Shown: positions 16,227-23,787, counted from the first letter of the stretch. The stretch: DNA of 64,000 bases from a virus (IMGVR_UViG_3300042905_002309:32001-96000), one strand, 5' to 3'. Translations and numbers: made by a program. The notes: generated from the letters alone by a model not told the origin.

Positions 16227-17059
16227 GTTTGACTCCTTATTAATTCTATAATATTTGGTGGTGTATAATATTTTTTGAGTTTACTTAAATCCATAATACT
16301 ATTTACCAAATGTAATCCTTGTTGTCTACGTATTTCTTCAATACTGATAATCTCTTTCTTCATTCCCATCAATAATCCGATTTCATGCATACTGACATAA
16401 CCATCACATGCCACATTATAGGCTCCTGTGCATTCATTATCAATCAAAATCTTAATCGCTTTTGTTAATATTGTAACATTGGTTACACTGTCCTTTTCGT
16501 CACACAACTTATCAAAGCGTTTTATTTTGTTTAGTAAATTGTTTTCACGAGCACTAAAATCAAAAAATAATCTTGGTCGTATAATCAAATCTCTGTCAAA
16601 ATCACAACCCTTTTCGCCATGCCATTTTGTTAAGGTGTAATTACAATGTGCGGAAAGAAAATCTGTCTCCTTTTGTGGTGTATCGTTTCTGTCGTATAAG
16701 CAACCAGTTGAAATCTGTACAAATTTCTTATTACCACCATTGCACCATTGACTTAAAACCTGTGGAATAACAGCATTACTAAAAAATGCCTCATTATAAT
16801 TCTCTTCACAATATCTAGTATTACTCTTCGCAATACAATTTATTACCACATCAAATTTATCTAATTTTCTTGCCATATAAAACGGAAATTCTAATGAATC
16901 GTTTATTTGGATTTGTGATAAATTGAACCTTTCCTTATCAAGAACCGTATAATGAAGTTTTTCGAACTCATGTCCTAAATACCCCGAACCTAATACTACA
17001 ACTTTATTCATACTTACTTCTCCATATGTATCGTTTTTCGACAAAGAATTTCCTGACAA
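16223..17059 (-). CDS. NAD-dependent sugar epimerase/reductase (RmlD-like extended SDR)
   Basis: VVLGSGYLG, VINC, ISTGC, YxxxK (YTLTK). Confidence 0.85.
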   Translation of the reverse strand: MSGNSLSKNDTYGEVSMNKVVVLGSGYLGHEFEKLHYTVLDKERFNLSQIQINDSLEFPFYMARKLDKFDVVINCIAKSNTRYCEENYNEAFFSNAVIPQVLSQWCNGGNKKFVQISTGCLYDRNDTPQKETDFLSAHCNYTLTKWHGEKGCDFDRDLIIRPRLFFDFSARENNLLNKIKRFDKLCDEKDSVTNVTILTKAIKILIDNECTGAYNVACDGYVSMHEIGLLMGMKKEIISIEEIRRQQGLHLVNSIMDLSKLKKYYTPPNIIELIRSQT

Positions 17060-17205
17060 AACATTTTTACTGCATCAGGTGCTTTATTAAACTCATCTAC
17101 AGCCTCATCATATAACCATTTTGTTAAGTATTGTACCTGTGATCCATTTTTATAGACCACTACATAAGATTTAGATTCAATAAATTCTTCTACTTTTTGT
17201 TTCAT
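17014..17205 (-). CDS. Hypothetical protein
   Basis: 63-aa ORF in operon. Confidence 0.5.
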   Translation of the reverse strand: MKQKVEEFIESKSYVVVYKNGSQVQYLTKWLYDEAVDEFNKAPDAVKMFCQEILCRKTIHMEK

Positions 17206-17555
17206 ACTGTTATAATCTCCTTACCACCTTTAATACCTTTACGTATAGTGTCCTCAGTTCCCCCTGTACGATCATCTGATACTACAGCCAATATCACATC
17301 AGCATCATCAGCTATTAACCCATTACGTTGGAAACCAGCACTCTTTCCATACTTTCGCCAATCAGCGTAATGTATTCTGATAGGAATGTCAAGATGTTTT
17401 GCAATAATTTCAGCAAATCTATCTCCACCTTGTGGACATCCTCCGCTACACAAAGAGTCTCCCCTGCGATAAATCTCTAAGAATTTATTCAAACAACGTT
17501 TGAAATCTTCTGGTGAGTTTTTACGTCTAGAACCGATTATGCCGATTACTTTCAA
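17202..17555 (-). CDS. SLOG-family protein (DUF2493/YspA-like)
   Basis: IIGSR, SGG..GGD, ADW..YGKSAG..RN, GT. Confidence 0.8.
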   Translation of the reverse strand: MKVIGIIGSRRKNSPEDFKRCLNKFLEIYRRGDSLCSGGCPQGGDRFAEIIAKHLDIPIRIHYADWRKYGKSAGFQRNGLIADDADVILAVVSDDRTGGTEDTIRKGIKGGKEIITV

Positions 17556-17845
17556 TCATACTCCTTAATAGAAACACCGGGAGATTCCATTCCAGTAAAT
17601 CGTGTATCACCTTCTGGTATACATACGGGACAAGCTTCGTCATGTGCATAATCTGGACAAATACAAACTGGTGGACGTTTATTCCAAACTTCAATAGCTT
17701 GTTCATCTGTAGTAAACCATACACCCGCACCCAAAGAACCACCACATTGTTTCTCGTCTATACAACTTACAAACTTCTCACCAAAACCACCAGTGAAGAC
17801 TTGTGCTTCACCACCACAAAACGGACAAGGAAAAATTTTATTCAT
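17552..17845 (-). CDS. Lar-like zinc-finger protein
   Basis: PCPFCGG...C...C...AIEVWNKR. Confidence 0.7.
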   Translation of the reverse strand: MNKIFPCPFCGGEAQVFTGGFGEKFVSCIDEKQCGGSLGAGVWFTTDEQAIEVWNKRPPVCICPDYAHDEACPVCIPEGDTRFTGMESPGVSIKEYD

Positions 17846-17875
17846 GTAAATATCATACCAGATTTATTAGGATTG

Positions 17876-19009
17876 TCAACCATTATAATAATCAGTTAAC
17901 TCACCCTTATAATTCTCAATAACAACATTCACACCTTCTACACTTTTAATGTAGTTGTAAATAATAGGTATCTTTCCACCACCAGCGGGTAAGTCTACAA
18001 CTAATTGAGGTATAGCATATCCACTAATATTACCTCTAATGCTTTTAAAAATCTCAATACCCTTCTCAATAGTTGTTCTAAAATGACCTGAACCAGTTAC
18101 CTTATCACAAATGTATGTATAATAAGGCTTTACACGTATTTTTAATAACCCTGTGAATAATTTTTTAAGGGTTTCACTATCATCATTAACATCTTTCAAT
18201 AATACTGTCTGACTTCCTAAAGGTATACCTGCATCAGCCAATCTATTACAAGCTTCTTGGGTTTCTGGTGTCAATTCACTAGGATGTGTGAAATGTAGAC
18301 TCATAAACAATGGATGATATTGTTTTAACATGTCAGTTAATTCTTTTGTAATACGTTGAGGTAATACAGCAGGAATTTTTGTACCAATTCGAATCATTTC
18401 AACATGAGGAATTTTACGTAAATTTGAAAGTATCCATTCTAAGGTTTCTGTTGGTAAAGTTAAAGGATCACCACCAGAAATTAACACATCTCGTATCTCT
18501 TTATGTTCTTCGATGTATTTAAGTGACTTCATCCATTGTTCTTTAGTATATGTTTTATCTTTACCAACCATACGTGATCGTGTACAATACCTACAAATGG
18601 TGCTACAATAGTCTGTAACGAGAAATAATACTCTATCTGGATATCTGTGTACCAAACCATCTACAGGGCTTTGGTTGATCTCATGAAGTGGATCATCTTG
18701 TTCACATTGTGAGATGATATGTTCCTCATCGGAAGGCATTACTGTTTTTCTTAGCTTATCACCCAATATGGATGCATAATAAGGAGTAATACCCATAGGA
18801 AATTTGTAATTATTATCAGTAGTATCGATAATTCGGTTTCTTAATTGCCATCTCCAATCATTCCATTCAACATAAGGTACACTTGGATAGTTTTGCTCCA
18901 TAAACCCATGTGTTATTGGGCCTATGGGCATACTACTCGGAGGCTTATCTGATTCTTCGGAACAACACTCAACAGCTTCAACCACATCGACGATTTTTTC
19001 ATTTTGCAT
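17876..19009 (-). CDS. kamA: Lysine 2,3-aminomutase-family radical SAM enzyme (KamA/EpmB-like)
   Basis: WNDWRWQ, HRYPDR, CSTICRYCTR, SGGDP, QTVLL..VND, GGGKIP. Confidence 0.9.
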   Translation of the reverse strand: MQNEKIVDVVEAVECCSEESDKPPSSMPIGPITHGFMEQNYPSVPYVEWNDWRWQLRNRIIDTTDNNYKFPMGITPYYASILGDKLRKTVMPSDEEHIISQCEQDDPLHEINQSPVDGLVHRYPDRVLFLVTDYCSTICRYCTRSRMVGKDKTYTKEQWMKSLKYIEEHKEIRDVLISGGDPLTLPTETLEWILSNLRKIPHVEMIRIGTKIPAVLPQRITKELTDMLKQYHPLFMSLHFTHPSELTPETQEACNRLADAGIPLGSQTVLLKDVNDDSETLKKLFTGLLKIRVKPYYTYICDKVTGSGHFRTTIEKGIEIFKSIRGNISGYAIPQLVVDLPAGGGKIPIIYNYIKSVEGVNVVIENYKGELTDYYNG

Positions 19010-19092
19010 ATATATAATATTTTTACTTCCCTTAAATGTATTTAGGTATATTAACCTAAAATTCTTGAACTTTTTTAATGTATCATAAATAG

Positions 19093-20172
19093 ATGAAAAT
19101 TACAAGGTATTTGATAAATACTTATATGAATATTTTTCGTACTCTATATGAACAGATACTTTTTGAAGCACTTTGGGACTCTGATGCAGTAAATACCGGA
19201 GATTCCCCATTCTTAGGGAATGTGTATCGTGTTTATGAGTTGGAATACAAGCTTCAAGCCCTAAAACGCTCACAATTAGGTATATCTAATCCTAAAAGAT
19301 TGGAAAATATCACTAGACAAGTACAATTAGAACTTGGTTCTGCTGGTATGGCACTTAAACAAATTTTATTGAATACTTTTGCGCTTTGGTTACAACAACA
19401 TGCTTTAACTAAACCTCAAATTTGGGCAGAAGGACGTTATAATACATTTACGGAATCTGGTGACGATGATCCAAATACAATGATGGAAGGTATTGTTGGT
19501 GAATATAGTAGATATGCTACTGGTGGTAAAGTTGATAGATATGGTGTACGTGCGATGTTATCTGTTGACCAATTCTTTCCAATAATCGATAAAAATTTAA
19601 AAAATCTTCCATACACTAAATCCGTTCTTGATTCTGTTTATAAAATTTACATGCAAGAAGAATATGATAATGATCCAGAAGGTACTATGGAACGTTGGGG
19701 GATATCTACACCAGAAGAAGCTGATCAACATATTGAAACATCTACTTTAGATCAAGATGGACTTGAAGGTATGGTATATGACATGGAATCTTTAATGGGG
19801 ATTATAGAACAACATGGAGAGTTATCAAAATTCTTCATTGAACTTTATGCGAAACTTGTTTTCCCTGTTTGGTTTGCACATTGGAAGGCTCAAGGTATCG
19901 TGGAAACTCGTAAACGTGTTCAAAATGTTTATAATAATCTTAAAAAAGCTTCTCCAAAGGATTTGGGTAATCTAGTTGCATGGCTTAGTGCAGCTTTAAA
20001 TACTGCTCATCAATCTGGTTCAATGTTAGATTTTGTTCCAGAAGATGATAACTTCTCTGTAAACATTGATGGCGCAGAAGATACCTATTATGCAAAAGAT
20101 TTATTAGATGCTGTAACAGATGGTAAATTCAATGACCAATGGGATAAAGAATTAGCCGAAGCTGGTGTGTAA
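19093..20172 (+). CDS. Hypothetical protein, possible internal head protein
   Basis: Probable start MNIFRTLYEQILFEA after late-type promoter. Confidence 0.6.
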   Translation: MKITRYLINTYMNIFRTLYEQILFEALWDSDAVNTGDSPFLGNVYRVYELEYKLQALKRSQLGISNPKRLENITRQVQLELGSAGMALKQILLNTFALWLQQHALTKPQIWAEGRYNTFTESGDDDPNTMMEGIVGEYSRYATGGKVDRYGVRAMLSVDQFFPIIDKNLKNLPYTKSVLDSVYKIYMQEEYDNDPEGTMERWGISTPEEADQHIETSTLDQDGLEGMVYDMESLMGIIEQHGELSKFFIELYAKLVFPVWFAHWKAQGIVETRKRVQNVYNNLKKASPKDLGNLVAWLSAALNTAHQSGSMLDFVPEDDNFSVNIDGAEDTYYAKDLLDAVTDGKFNDQWDKELAEAGV

Positions 20173-20195
20173 AATACTGAATATTTGAAAAGTGT

Positions 20196-20355
20196 TTAGT
20201 TATTCGATCATTGCTTTCTGAGATAGGATTCGAACCTACATTTTGTTTCCGCACCCAATGACAGGCGGCATGTGTTAATCCACACACAGCAGAGTTACCC
20301 GTAGTGTAAACGGGAGTTACCGCAGGGTAAGCCAGTTCCCCCACTCATTAACTAA
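20196..20355 (-). ncRNA. tRNA-like structured RNA without CCA
   Basis: TTAGTTA/TAACTAA closing stem; D-arm-like segment; canonical GTAGG-TTCGAAT-CCTAT T-arm. Confidence 0.55.
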
Positions 20356-20358
20356 AAT

Positions 20359-20434
20359 TGGTGCGCCTAGAGGGACTTGAACCCCCAAAACTCAGCTTCT
20401 TAGACTGATATGTATGCCATTCCATCATAAGCGC
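20359..20434 (-). tRNA. tRNA-Leu(AAG), short variable loop
   Basis: TCAGT-CTAAGAA-GCTGA; CCA. Confidence 0.85.
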
Positions 20435-20444
20435 ATAAAACGAA

Positions 20445-20601
20445 TTCTAAAATAATATGGAGTCTGCACCACCACTAAGACCAAGTTAGTCTATTTTCGG
20501 TGTACTATTCGCAACCTTTTGTGAACCGTGTCGTCAATGTTCTTCAACATCCCGTAGTACGTTTCTTCCACGCTTAAATAACTTCGCTAACTATTTTAGA
20601 A
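20445..20601 (-). ncRNA. ~157-nt structured RNA
   Basis: 10-bp terminal stem TTCTAAAATA/TATTTTAGAA exactly filling a tRNA spacer. Confidence 0.5.
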
Positions 20602-20603
20602 AT

Positions 20604-20679
20604 TGGTGCTAGTGGTGGGACTTGAACCCACAAACAACAGATTTTAAGTCTGCCCGATAAGCCGTTCTCGTACACTAGC
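20604..20679 (-). tRNA. tRNA-Leu(TAA), short variable loop
   Basis: GCAGA-CTTAAAA-TCTGT; CCA. Confidence 0.9.
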
Positions 20680-20685
20680 GTAAAT

Positions 20686-20761
20686 TGGTGCATCTGGTGG
20701 GATTCGAACCCACAAAACCTAGATTCTAAGTCTAGTACATAAGCCGTTCTGTTACAGATGC
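20686..20761 (-). tRNA. tRNA-Leu(TAG), short variable loop
   Basis: CTAGA-CTTAGAA-TCTAG; CCA. Confidence 0.9.
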
Positions 20762-20767
20762 GTTAAA

Positions 20768-20843
20768 TGGTGCAAGTGAAGGGATTCGAACCCTTAAACA
20801 ACAGTTTTTGAAACTGCCCGATAAGCCTTTCTCGTACACTTGC
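20768..20843 (-). tRNA. tRNA-Leu(CAA), short variable loop
   Basis: GCAGT-TTCAAAA-ACTGT; CCA. Confidence 0.9.
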
Positions 20844-20850
20844 ATAAAAT

Positions 20851-20927
20851 TGGTTCCCCCATCATGATTCGAACATGATCTAAGATGGTCAAAGCATCTT
20901 GTGCATAAGCCATTACACTATAGGGGA
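20851..20927 (-). tRNA. tRNA-Gln(TTG)
   Basis: AGATG-CTTTGAC-CATCT; CCA. Confidence 0.9.
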
Positions 20928-20937
20928 ATGTTAAAAT

Positions 20938-21011
20938 TGGTTGTCCTACCTTGAATCGAACAAGGTTAAATAGATTCAGAGTCTACTGTACAGCCATTAT
21001 ACCATATGACA
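20938..21011 (-). tRNA. tRNA-Gln(CTG)
   Basis: GTAGA-CTCTGAA-TCTAT; CCA. Confidence 0.9.
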
Positions 21012-21019
21012 GATAAAAT

Positions 21020-21093
21020 TGGAGCCTGTTAAGGGAATTAAACCCTTACCCACTGATTACGAAACAGTGATACTATCGTTGTACTAAACAGGC
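21020..21093 (-). tRNA. tRNA-Thr(CGT)
   Basis: Loop TTCGTAA; CCA. Confidence 0.85.
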
Positions 21094-21101
21094 AATTAAA
21101 A

Positions 21102-21195
21102 TGGAGCCAACGGTGGGATTTGAACCCACATCATCACTTTTACATGACTTAACCCGATTACAAATCGGGGCCATAGCCGTTCTGGACACGTTGGC
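21102..21195 (-). tRNA. tRNA-Thr(TGT) with long variable arm
   Basis: CCCGA-TTTGTAA-TCGGG; CCA. Confidence 0.85.
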
Positions 21196-21202
21196 AAGTA
21201 AA

Positions 21203-21278
21203 TGGAGCACCCGACAGGCATCAAACCTGCAACCTTGTCCTTACAAAAGACTTGCTCTATCAATTGAGCTACAGGTGC
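21203..21278 (-). tRNA. tRNA-Thr(TGT)
   Basis: GTCT-TTTGTAA-GGAC; CCA. Confidence 0.85.
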
Positions 21279-21284
21279 GAAAAT

Positions 21285-21358
21285 TGGCAGGAACACAGGG
21301 ATTCGCACCCTGACCAAAAGTTTTGGAGACTATTGTGCAACTTTAACACTTTGTTCCT
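21285..21358 (-). tRNA. tRNA-Trp(CCA)
   Basis: Loop CTCCAAA; G73; CCA. Confidence 0.85.
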
Positions 21359-21365
21359 ATAAAAT

Positions 21366-21459
21366 TGGAGGAAGGTGGGAGAATTGAACTCCCGCCACCT
21401 TTTAAGGGGTGGAACAATTTAGCAAATTGTCTCGACAAACCGACATTCGACTACCTTCC
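21366..21459 (-). tRNA. tRNA-Ser(GCT)
   Basis: ACAAT-TTGCTAA-ATTGT, long variable arm; CCA. Confidence 0.9.
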
Positions 21460-21464
21460 AAAAT

Positions 21465-21562
21465 TGGCTGACTCGGCTCGACTTGAACGAGCACACACAT
21501 CCCGTTAAGAATGTCATGGATGGTTTAACAGACCATTGCCTTACCATTAGGCCAACGAGTCA
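21465..21562 (-). tRNA. tRNA-Asn(GTT) with long variable arm
   Basis: ATGGT-CTGTTAA-ACCAT; G73; CCA. Confidence 0.85.
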
Positions 21563-21638
21563 AACTTAAATTGTTTCTTGATATCGTGTCAAGGACGCTT
21601 GATTTGCACAAGGGGTTACGTTTACCCAATATTCAAAA

Positions 21639-21725
21639 TGGCTCCAGAGGTAGGACTTGAACCTACACGCCCATTACAGGCATCAGATTAACAGTCTGAC
21701 ATGGCTACAATTACATCACTCTGGA
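21639..21725 (-). tRNA. tRNA-Asn(GTT) with long variable arm
   Basis: TCAGA-CTGTTAA-TCTGA; G73; CCA. Confidence 0.85.
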
Positions 21726-21734
21726 AACGAAAAA

Positions 21735-21829
21735 CAAGTTGGCTTTCTACTTTTTATTTAGCGTCTAAAAATCGAAAAAGACTGATTATGGACTCTCGCC
21801 CACGTTTTATTGTTTGCTGTAACCAACTT
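21735..21829 (-). ncRNA. CAGCAA stem RNA A
   Basis: AAGTTGGTT/AGCCAACTT stem, ACAGCAAAC, GNRA hairpin, TTCGA hairpin, AAAAAGTAG. Confidence 0.7.
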
Positions 21830-21838
21830 AAAATAAAA

Positions 21839-21947
21839 CAGATTGTGTTTTCTACTTTTTAGAGAACGTCGAAACTCCCATCTTTTTGATTTATGTGATC
21901 GTCTGGTGGATCACTAACGTATTGTTGTTTTTTGCTGTACACAATCT
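21839..21947 (-). ncRNA. CAGCAA stem RNA B
   Basis: AGATTGTGT/ACACAATCT stem, ACAGCAAA, hairpin, TTCGA hairpin, AAAAAGTAG. Confidence 0.7.
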
Positions 21948-21951
21948 AAAA

Positions 21952-22029
21952 TGGCTAACCCTGCTGGACTCGCACCAGCAAAAATTGACTAACGTTAATT
22001 GTCAACTTTCGGCTACTAGCTAAAGGTTA
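21952..22029 (-). tRNA. Degenerate tRNA (Asn-like, irregular anticodon arm)
   Basis: TAACCTT/AGGGTTA acceptor, T-arm, GCCA end; enlarged loop containing GTT. Confidence 0.5.
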
Positions 22030-22036
22030 ATGAAAA

Positions 22037-22133
22037 TGGAGGAAGCGGTGGGATTCCAACCCACGGAGGATAGTTTGAGCTACCCCCTTCCGTTTTCAAG
22101 ACGGACGCAATAAAGACGCTCTGCCACGCTTCC
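22037..22133 (-). tRNA. tRNA-Ser(TGA)
   Basis: TCCGT-CTTGAAA-ACGGA, long variable arm; CCA. Confidence 0.9.
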
Positions 22134-22143
22134 ATAAAATAAA

Positions 22144-22309
22144 CAGGTTGATTTTCCTACTTTTTACACAGAAAATCGAAACTGTCACAAGTTTTACATC
22201 AGTAGATCACGATGTCAGGTTTTTATTTATGTGTCGCCTAGATAAAGACACTATGCCCGAAGGCATTTATTTACTATTTAGTTTATTGTTTGTTTGCTGC
22301 AATCAACCT
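22144..22309 (-). ncRNA. CAGCAA stem RNA C
   Basis: AGGTTGATT/AATCAACCT stem, GCAGCAAAC, UUCG hairpin, TTCGA hairpin, AAAAAGTAG. Confidence 0.7.
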
Positions 22310-22314
22310 AAAAT

Positions 22315-22390
22315 TGGGGCGATATACGAGACTTAAACTCGCTCTAAAACATTCACAGTGTTTCGTGCTAATCATTACACTAATATCGCC
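22315..22390 (-). tRNA. tRNA-His(GTG)
   Basis: G-1:C73, loop CTGTGAA; CCA. Confidence 0.9.
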
Positions 22391-22589
22391 ATTGTGGGAC
22401 TTCATACCACGTTTGGGCCAAGCTAGAGGCTTATAGTGTGGGTTTGTCGTCCCTAAAATCTTTATAACTTGCCAGATATGGCGCATTAATGGCTATTATG
22501 GCACATTAATCGTCGTATTTGGCGCATTACTACTTTTCAAATATTCAGTTTTCAAAAATCGTGTTGTGCTTTCGCAATCAACTTCTAAT

Positions 22590-22617
22590 ACTTTATCACA
22601 ACTTCAAAAAATGTCAA
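22590..22617 (-). promoter_or_regulatory. Sigma70-like promoter directly upstream of tRNA operon 2
   Basis: TTGACA-16 nt-TAAAGT with TG extension. Confidence 0.6.
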
Positions 22618-22627
22618 CCCATAAAAC

Positions 22628-22660
22628 AAAAAACCCTAATCTTTTTTTAAGATCAGGGTT
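22628..22660 (-). terminator. Attenuator terminator upstream of tRNA operon 2
   Basis: AACCCTGATCTT/AAGATTAGGGTT plus U-tract; 5' arm can alternatively pair with AAGGTCAGG at the leader stop codon. Confidence 0.8.
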
Positions 22661-22685
22661 ATAGTTGACAATATAATACCTGACC

Positions 22686-22742
22686 TTATCTCTTATGTAA
22701 GAGATTAGACCATGTTGTACTATTTTGCAATGACGTTTTCAT
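22686..22742 (-). CDS. Leader peptide 2, MKTSLQNSTTWSNLLHKR
   Basis: Between ACTAAATA late-type promoter and the terminator; codons match operon 2 tRNAs. Confidence 0.75.
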   Translation of the reverse strand: MKTSLQNSTTWSNLLHKR

Positions 22743-22787
22743 ATTGTTATAATTATTTAGTATATCCATTCAACTTTTCAATAAAAT

Positions 22788-23096
22788 TTATGAGAAATAT
22801 TTAGTTACATCAAATTCTTTTAATGTTTTTGGTGGAACACCAGCTTGTTCCAACTTTAAAACTACACTTTTAGCTTGTTTAATATACGGTTTAACATTAT
22901 GAGAAAGTCGTTGTAAAATTTCAATTTTATTTTTAACATCATTTTCGATATTATCAATATTCTTTAAAACTGTTGTACCATCACTACCTAACATTTGATT
23001 ACCATCTAACCATGTTGTCAAGAAATATCTATATGTGCCAGTAATCTCTTCACAAATTAAACCCATTTTTTCGTAATCTTTATCATCAAATCTCAT
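22788..23096 (-). CDS. Hypothetical protein
   Basis: 102-aa ORF, AGGTG RBS. Confidence 0.6.
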   Translation of the reverse strand: MRFDDKDYEKMGLICEEITGTYRYFLTTWLDGNQMLGSDGTTVLKNIDNIENDVKNKIEILQRLSHNVKPYIKQAKSVVLKLEQAGVPPKTLKEFDVTKYFS

Positions 23097-23131
23097 AATA
23101 TCACCTAATTCCTTTTAAGTATTTAGTTGCA

Positions 23132-23437
23132 TTAAATCTCAATCTTGTTCAATTCACCAATCTTATTATTAAGATCGATTAAAGTCAACTTAATTGTTTT
23201 TGATTTAGGTGCATCGACATTAACGCCTAAAACATATAAAATCTTTCTAATCACACCCATAATAGCGTTACATGCATCGATAGTTTTACCGATATCTTCT
23301 GCATATTTGTTCTTACTGGCATCCAATTGTTCTCTAGTGTTTTTCAATACAATAACACTAGTACCCAACACATCGTAAATTTGCACAAGAGCATTCTTAA
23401 TATTCCCCAACTTAAACATAGTTTTAAACCAATTCAT
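23132..23437 (-). CDS. Hypothetical protein
   Basis: 101-aa ORF with RBS. Confidence 0.6.
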   Translation of the reverse strand: MNWFKTMFKLGNIKNALVQIYDVLGTSVIVLKNTREQLDASKNKYAEDIGKTIDACNAIMGVIRKILYVLGVNVDAPKSKTIKLTLIDLNNKIGELNKIEI

Positions 23438-23460
23438 AATTTTATCCTTCTTTCTTATAA

Positions 23461-23787
23461 TTATTTATCACGTTTCTTGATATTTACAAGATAATCTTCT
23501 TCGGAAACATTAAAAAGGTCAGATTCAGAGATAGACCATCTGTAATTCTGTTCATTATGTATTACACCTCTGGTATCGGTATAAACACCAGCAGGTAAGC
23601 GATATGGGCTATCTCCCGATGTTAGTGGTATGTTGGTGTAGTCGGGTTTAGGTTGGGTCGTACAACCCGATATATTTAACATCATGATTAAACCAATACC
23701 AACCCAAATTGTTGCCAATACATGTTGAATATATTTCATATTAACCTCTCCAAGTTTTATCAAATGGATCACCCCAATTATTACCAA
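23461..23787 (-). CDS. Putative lipoprotein
   Basis: MKYIQ...hydrophobic stretch...ISGC lipobox. Confidence 0.6.
   Translation of the reverse strand: MVIIGVIHLIKLGEVNMKYIQHVLATIWVGIGLIMMLNISGCTTQPKPDYTNIPLTSGDSPYRLPAGVYTDTRGVIHNEQNYRWSISESDLFNVSEEDYLVNIKKRDK

Noticed and set aside
9297-22486. ORF-track entries overlapping tRNAs/ncRNAs (e.g. 9297, 11367, 20129, 21096, 21101, 22148, 22283)
   Set aside because: They run through clear tRNA or structured RNA genes and lack RBS or protein motifs
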